Assembly: GCA_963815195.1 (NCBI GenBank)
Contig: CAWFGE010000017.1
Location: 288,001-352,000 of the forward strand
Length of the DNA stretch: 64,000 bases
Reading direction: 5' to 3'
Origin: an uncultured Planctomycetaceae bacterium
GTDB taxonomy: Bacteria; Planctomycetota; Planctomycetia; Planctomycetales; Planctomycetaceae
Position 1 is the first letter of the stretch, and every line of letters starts with the position of its first letter. Position numbers and translations under genes: made by a program. The notes beneath the pieces were generated by a model. The model was not told where the DNA came from. It worked only from the letters and a program-made list of their open reading frames with translations, and did not search any database. Below, in pieces: positions 61,027 through 64,000 of the stretch.

Positions 61027-61326
61027 ATGGCTGATGAATCCGCATTGCTCGAAGCCCTCAAACAGGTGGTGGACCCGGAACTGATGGTCAACGTCGTCGA
61101 TCTGGGCCTGGTGTATGACGTCACGCAGGAAGATGGGACCGTCACAGTGAACATGACGCTCACCAGCCCCGCCTGCCCCGTGGGACCGCAAATCGTGCAG
61201 CAAGCCAAGATGGCGCTGGAGCAACTCGAAGACGTGAAGGAAGCCAAGATCAACCTCGTGATGTCGCCGCCGTGGAGCCCCGACCGCATGACCGACGACG
61301 CCCGCGACCACTTGGGCATCTTCTGA
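61027..61326 (+). CDS. sufT: DUF59 metal-sulfur cluster assembly factor (SufT-like)
   Basis: VVDPELMVNVVDLGLVY, MTLTSPACP, PPWSPDRM. Confidence 0.88.
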   Translation: MADESALLEALKQVVDPELMVNVVDLGLVYDVTQEDGTVTVNMTLTSPACPVGPQIVQQAKMALEQLEDVKEAKINLVMSPPWSPDRMTDDARDHLGIF

Positions 61327-61337
61327 ATCGACTTTCC

Positions 61338-61426
61338 CATTAGCCGCAGGGCGCTCGCCCCGGTTTTCATTAGCCGCAGGGCGCTCGCCCCGGTTTTCAT
61401 TAGCCGCAGGGCGCTCGCCCCGGTTT
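61338..61426. repeat. Tandem 30-bp REP-like repeat x3
   Basis: cattagccgcagggcgctcgccccggtttt head-to-tail, no spacers. Confidence 0.92.
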
Positions 61427-61597
61427 AGTTTTTCAGCCGATCGTGAAATCCTCAAAGAGCCGATCCCATGTTCGCGGGGTCGGCTCGTTCGCGTTTGCAC
61501 TCCTCGTGATTGGCTTTTGCCGGCTGAGGGCCTATGGTATATATCAACGATCGATCATCGATGTTGCTAACCGCCACTTTCATCACGAGGTCCATCC

Positions 61598-63716
61598 ATG
61601 CTCCACAAAACCCGGTTGGCGAGACCGGCGGCCTTGGCGCTGCTCGTTGCCTTCAGCGTATTGACTTCCGCGCAATCTGCCCGGTCCCAGGAATCCAAAG
61701 CCCGCCTGAAGGGTTTTACCCCTCTGTTCAACGGGAAGGATCTAACCGGCTGGAAGGGACTCGTCGGCAATCCGAAAACGCGGGCGGCGATGCCCGCCGA
61801 CGAACTCGCGGCGGCTCAGAAAAAAGCCGACGAGGAAATGCGTGCCCATTGGTCGGTGGCGGACGGGGCCTTGGTGTTCGACGGCAAAGGCAAGAGCCTG
61901 TGCACCCTGAAAGACTACGGCGATTTCGAGATGTACGTCGATTGGAAGATCCTCAAAGCCGGGGACAGCGGCATCTATTTGCGCGGCAGCCCGCAGGTGC
62001 AGATTTGGGACACCCAGTACCCGGACTACTTTCGCCACGGGGCGGAAAACGGTTCGGGGTCGCTGTGGAACAACCAGAAGAATCCGCGGTTTCCCTCGGC
62101 CAAAGCCGACAAGCCCGTGGGCGAGTGGAACACGTTTTACATCCGCATGATCGGCGAGCGGGTGACGGTCAAGCTCAACGGCACGCTGGTGGTCGATGAC
62201 GTCGTGATGGAAAACATCTGGGACCGCAGCCTGCCGATTTATCCGCGCGGGCAGATCGAACTCCAGAACCACGGCAACACGCTGTATTTCAAAGACCTCT
62301 CCATCCGCGAAATCCCAGCAGGCGAAGCCAACGCGATGCTCGCGAAGCGGGAACGCGATCAGCATGCTTATGAAGAGGTCTTCAACGGCCGCGATTTCAC
62401 CGGCTGGAGCGGGGAGGTCGAAAATTACGAAGCCAAAGACGGGGCGATCGTGTGCAAACCCGGCAAAGGCGGCACGATTTTCACCGACAAGGAATACTCC
62501 GATTTCGTGGCGATTCTGGAATTCAAAACGCCGCCCGGCGGCAACAACGGCCTGGCGATCCGCTACCCCGGCACCGGCCGGGCCCACATCGATGGGTTCT
62601 GCGAACTGCAAATCCTCGACCCGGCTTACAAAGGACACGACAAGCTCGATCGCCGGCAATACCACGGCTCGGTTTATGGCCTGGTCGGCACAGCCCGGCT
62701 ACTTGCGGCCGGCGGGCGAATGGAATTTCCAGAAGGTCACGGTCAAAGGCTCCCGGGTGCAAGTGGAACTCAACGGCACGGTGATTCTCGACGCCGACGT
62801 CAGCCAAGTCAAAGAATCCAAAGACGGCGCGGTCCCGCCCGGCGTGAAGCGCAAAAGCGGGCATTTCGGGTTTGCGGGACACAACGACCCGGTCGCGTTT
62901 CGGAACATCGCCATCCGCGAACTCCCCGGCCCGCCCGCGAAACCGGGCCCGCGTGAGAACGCCCTTCGCCCGACGGATGGGCCGATCAAACTCTTCAACG
63001 GCAAAAACTTCGAAGGCTTTTACACCTGGATCCGCGATTCGCAGTATTCCGATCCCAAGAAAGTCTTCAAGGTGGAAGACGGCATGATCCACATCTCCGG
63101 CGACGGCTGGGGCGCGCTCATCACCAACGAGGAATACCGCGATTATCATCTCATCGTGGAGTTCCGCTGGGGCGAAAAGACCTTCGGCACAAGGGTCGAT
63201 CGGGCTCGCGATTCGGGCGTCTTGGTCCACGGTTGGGGGCCGGACGGCGGCTACGGCAATACCTGGATGGCGGCGGTCGAAGCCCAGATCATCGAAGGCG
63301 GCGTAGGCGACATTCTGGTGCTCACCGGCGAAGATCCGCTCACGGGGCAAGTCTATCCCACATCCTTGACGGCGGAGATCACCAAGGACCGCGACGGCGA
63401 AAAGGTCTGGAAGAAAGGCGGCGAACCGGTCACCTTGTCCAAGGGCCGAATTAATTGGTTCGGCCGGGATGTGGACTGGGCGGACAAGCTGGGCTTCCGC
63501 GGCCGCGATGACATCGAAAGCCCGCACGGCGAGTGGACCAAGATGGAAGTCATCGCCGACGGCGGCACGCTGACGTATAAAGTCAACGGCGTGGTGGTCA
63601 ATCAGGCGTCCCAGGTCCAGCCGGACTTCGGCAAGCTGCTGTTGCAGACCGAGCAGGCGGAGCTTTATGTCCGCCGCTACGAACTTTGGCCGCTCGGCCA
63701 GGCGCCGCAAAAGTGA
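61598..63716 (+). CDS. Exported protein with three DUF1080 (3-keto-disaccharide hydrolase-like) domains; apparent frameshift near 62690
   Basis: Three units starting LFNGKDLTGW / VFNGRDFTGW / LFNGKNFEGF, with DSG/NNG and GEWN/GEWT motifs. Confidence 0.88.
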
Positions 63717-63743
63717 GAGACTTTCTCATAAGTCCAACTTTTC

Positions 63744-63870
63744 TGAGCGGCACGGCGCTAGCCGCCGGTTTTGATTTTGTGTGCGGAGCCGGCGGCTAGC
63801 GCCGTGCCGCTCACTTCTGGAAGCGGAGTGCGGAACCGGCGGCTAGCGCCGTGCCGCTCACTTCTGGAAG
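63744..63870. repeat. REP-like cluster (one forward, two inverted copies), same family as 23968
   Basis: tgagcggcacggcgctagccgccgg, then ccggcggctagcgccgtgccgctcacttctggaag twice. Confidence 0.88.
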
Positions 63871-63871
63871 A

Positions 63872-64000
63872 TCAGGTCGATTCGCCGGCGGCCCGGAGCA
63901 TGTTTCGTCTGAGCAATTGATGAATGGCGGCCGCTTCCGTCTCGTGCCTGGCCAACAGCTCGGCGGCCCGGGCTTCATGTTCTCGAACGTGCGGGTTATC
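63872..64000 (-). CDS. Probable 3' end of a gene entering from beyond the window
   Basis: Open frame DNPHVREHEARAAELLARHETEAAAIHQLLRRNMLRAAGEST-stop, converging on the REP cluster. Confidence 0.4.
   Translation of the reverse strand, partial: DNPHVREHEARAAELLARHETEAAAIHQLLRRNMLRAAGEST

Noticed and set aside
61338..61426. 30-bp repeat x3 as a CRISPR array
   Set aside because: Head-to-tail with no spacers, and no cas genes

Overview
GC-rich bacterial chromosomal segment, most likely Planctomycetota (inferred from DUF1598, a BBP7-type beta-barrel, an H-X9-DG C-terminal motif, a planctomycete-type ECF sigma factor and a Cys/Pro-rich secreted protein). It contains: the tail of a MoxR/Bat-like operon (DUF58, BatA/VWA, a large coiled-coil protein with a Q/P/G repeat, a GATase-like protein); a lipid cluster (ACP-like protein, desaturase, squalene-hopene cyclase); housekeeping genes (cysH, mutM, uvrB, dxs, ispA, rny); an NSS transporter and PhoD; and a suf locus. 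At least six families of short intergenic palindromic repeats occur. I saw no tRNA, rRNA, CRISPR array or transposase. About a dozen genes, including uvrB and sufB, are broken by small indels, which most likely reflects long-read sequencing error, so split genes are reported as single CDSs. The best candidates for something new are: (1) a solitary, ligand-intact nuoB between a SufR-like regulator and sufCBD-Rieske-sufT, with no sufS/sufE and with hairpin doublets at three gene junctions; (2) a circularly permuted, Ser-less, membrane-anchored ACP-like protein beside the desaturase and shc; (3) an orphan FlgG-like protein with a signal/anchor extension. All family assignments come from motif recognition by eye; no database search was run.
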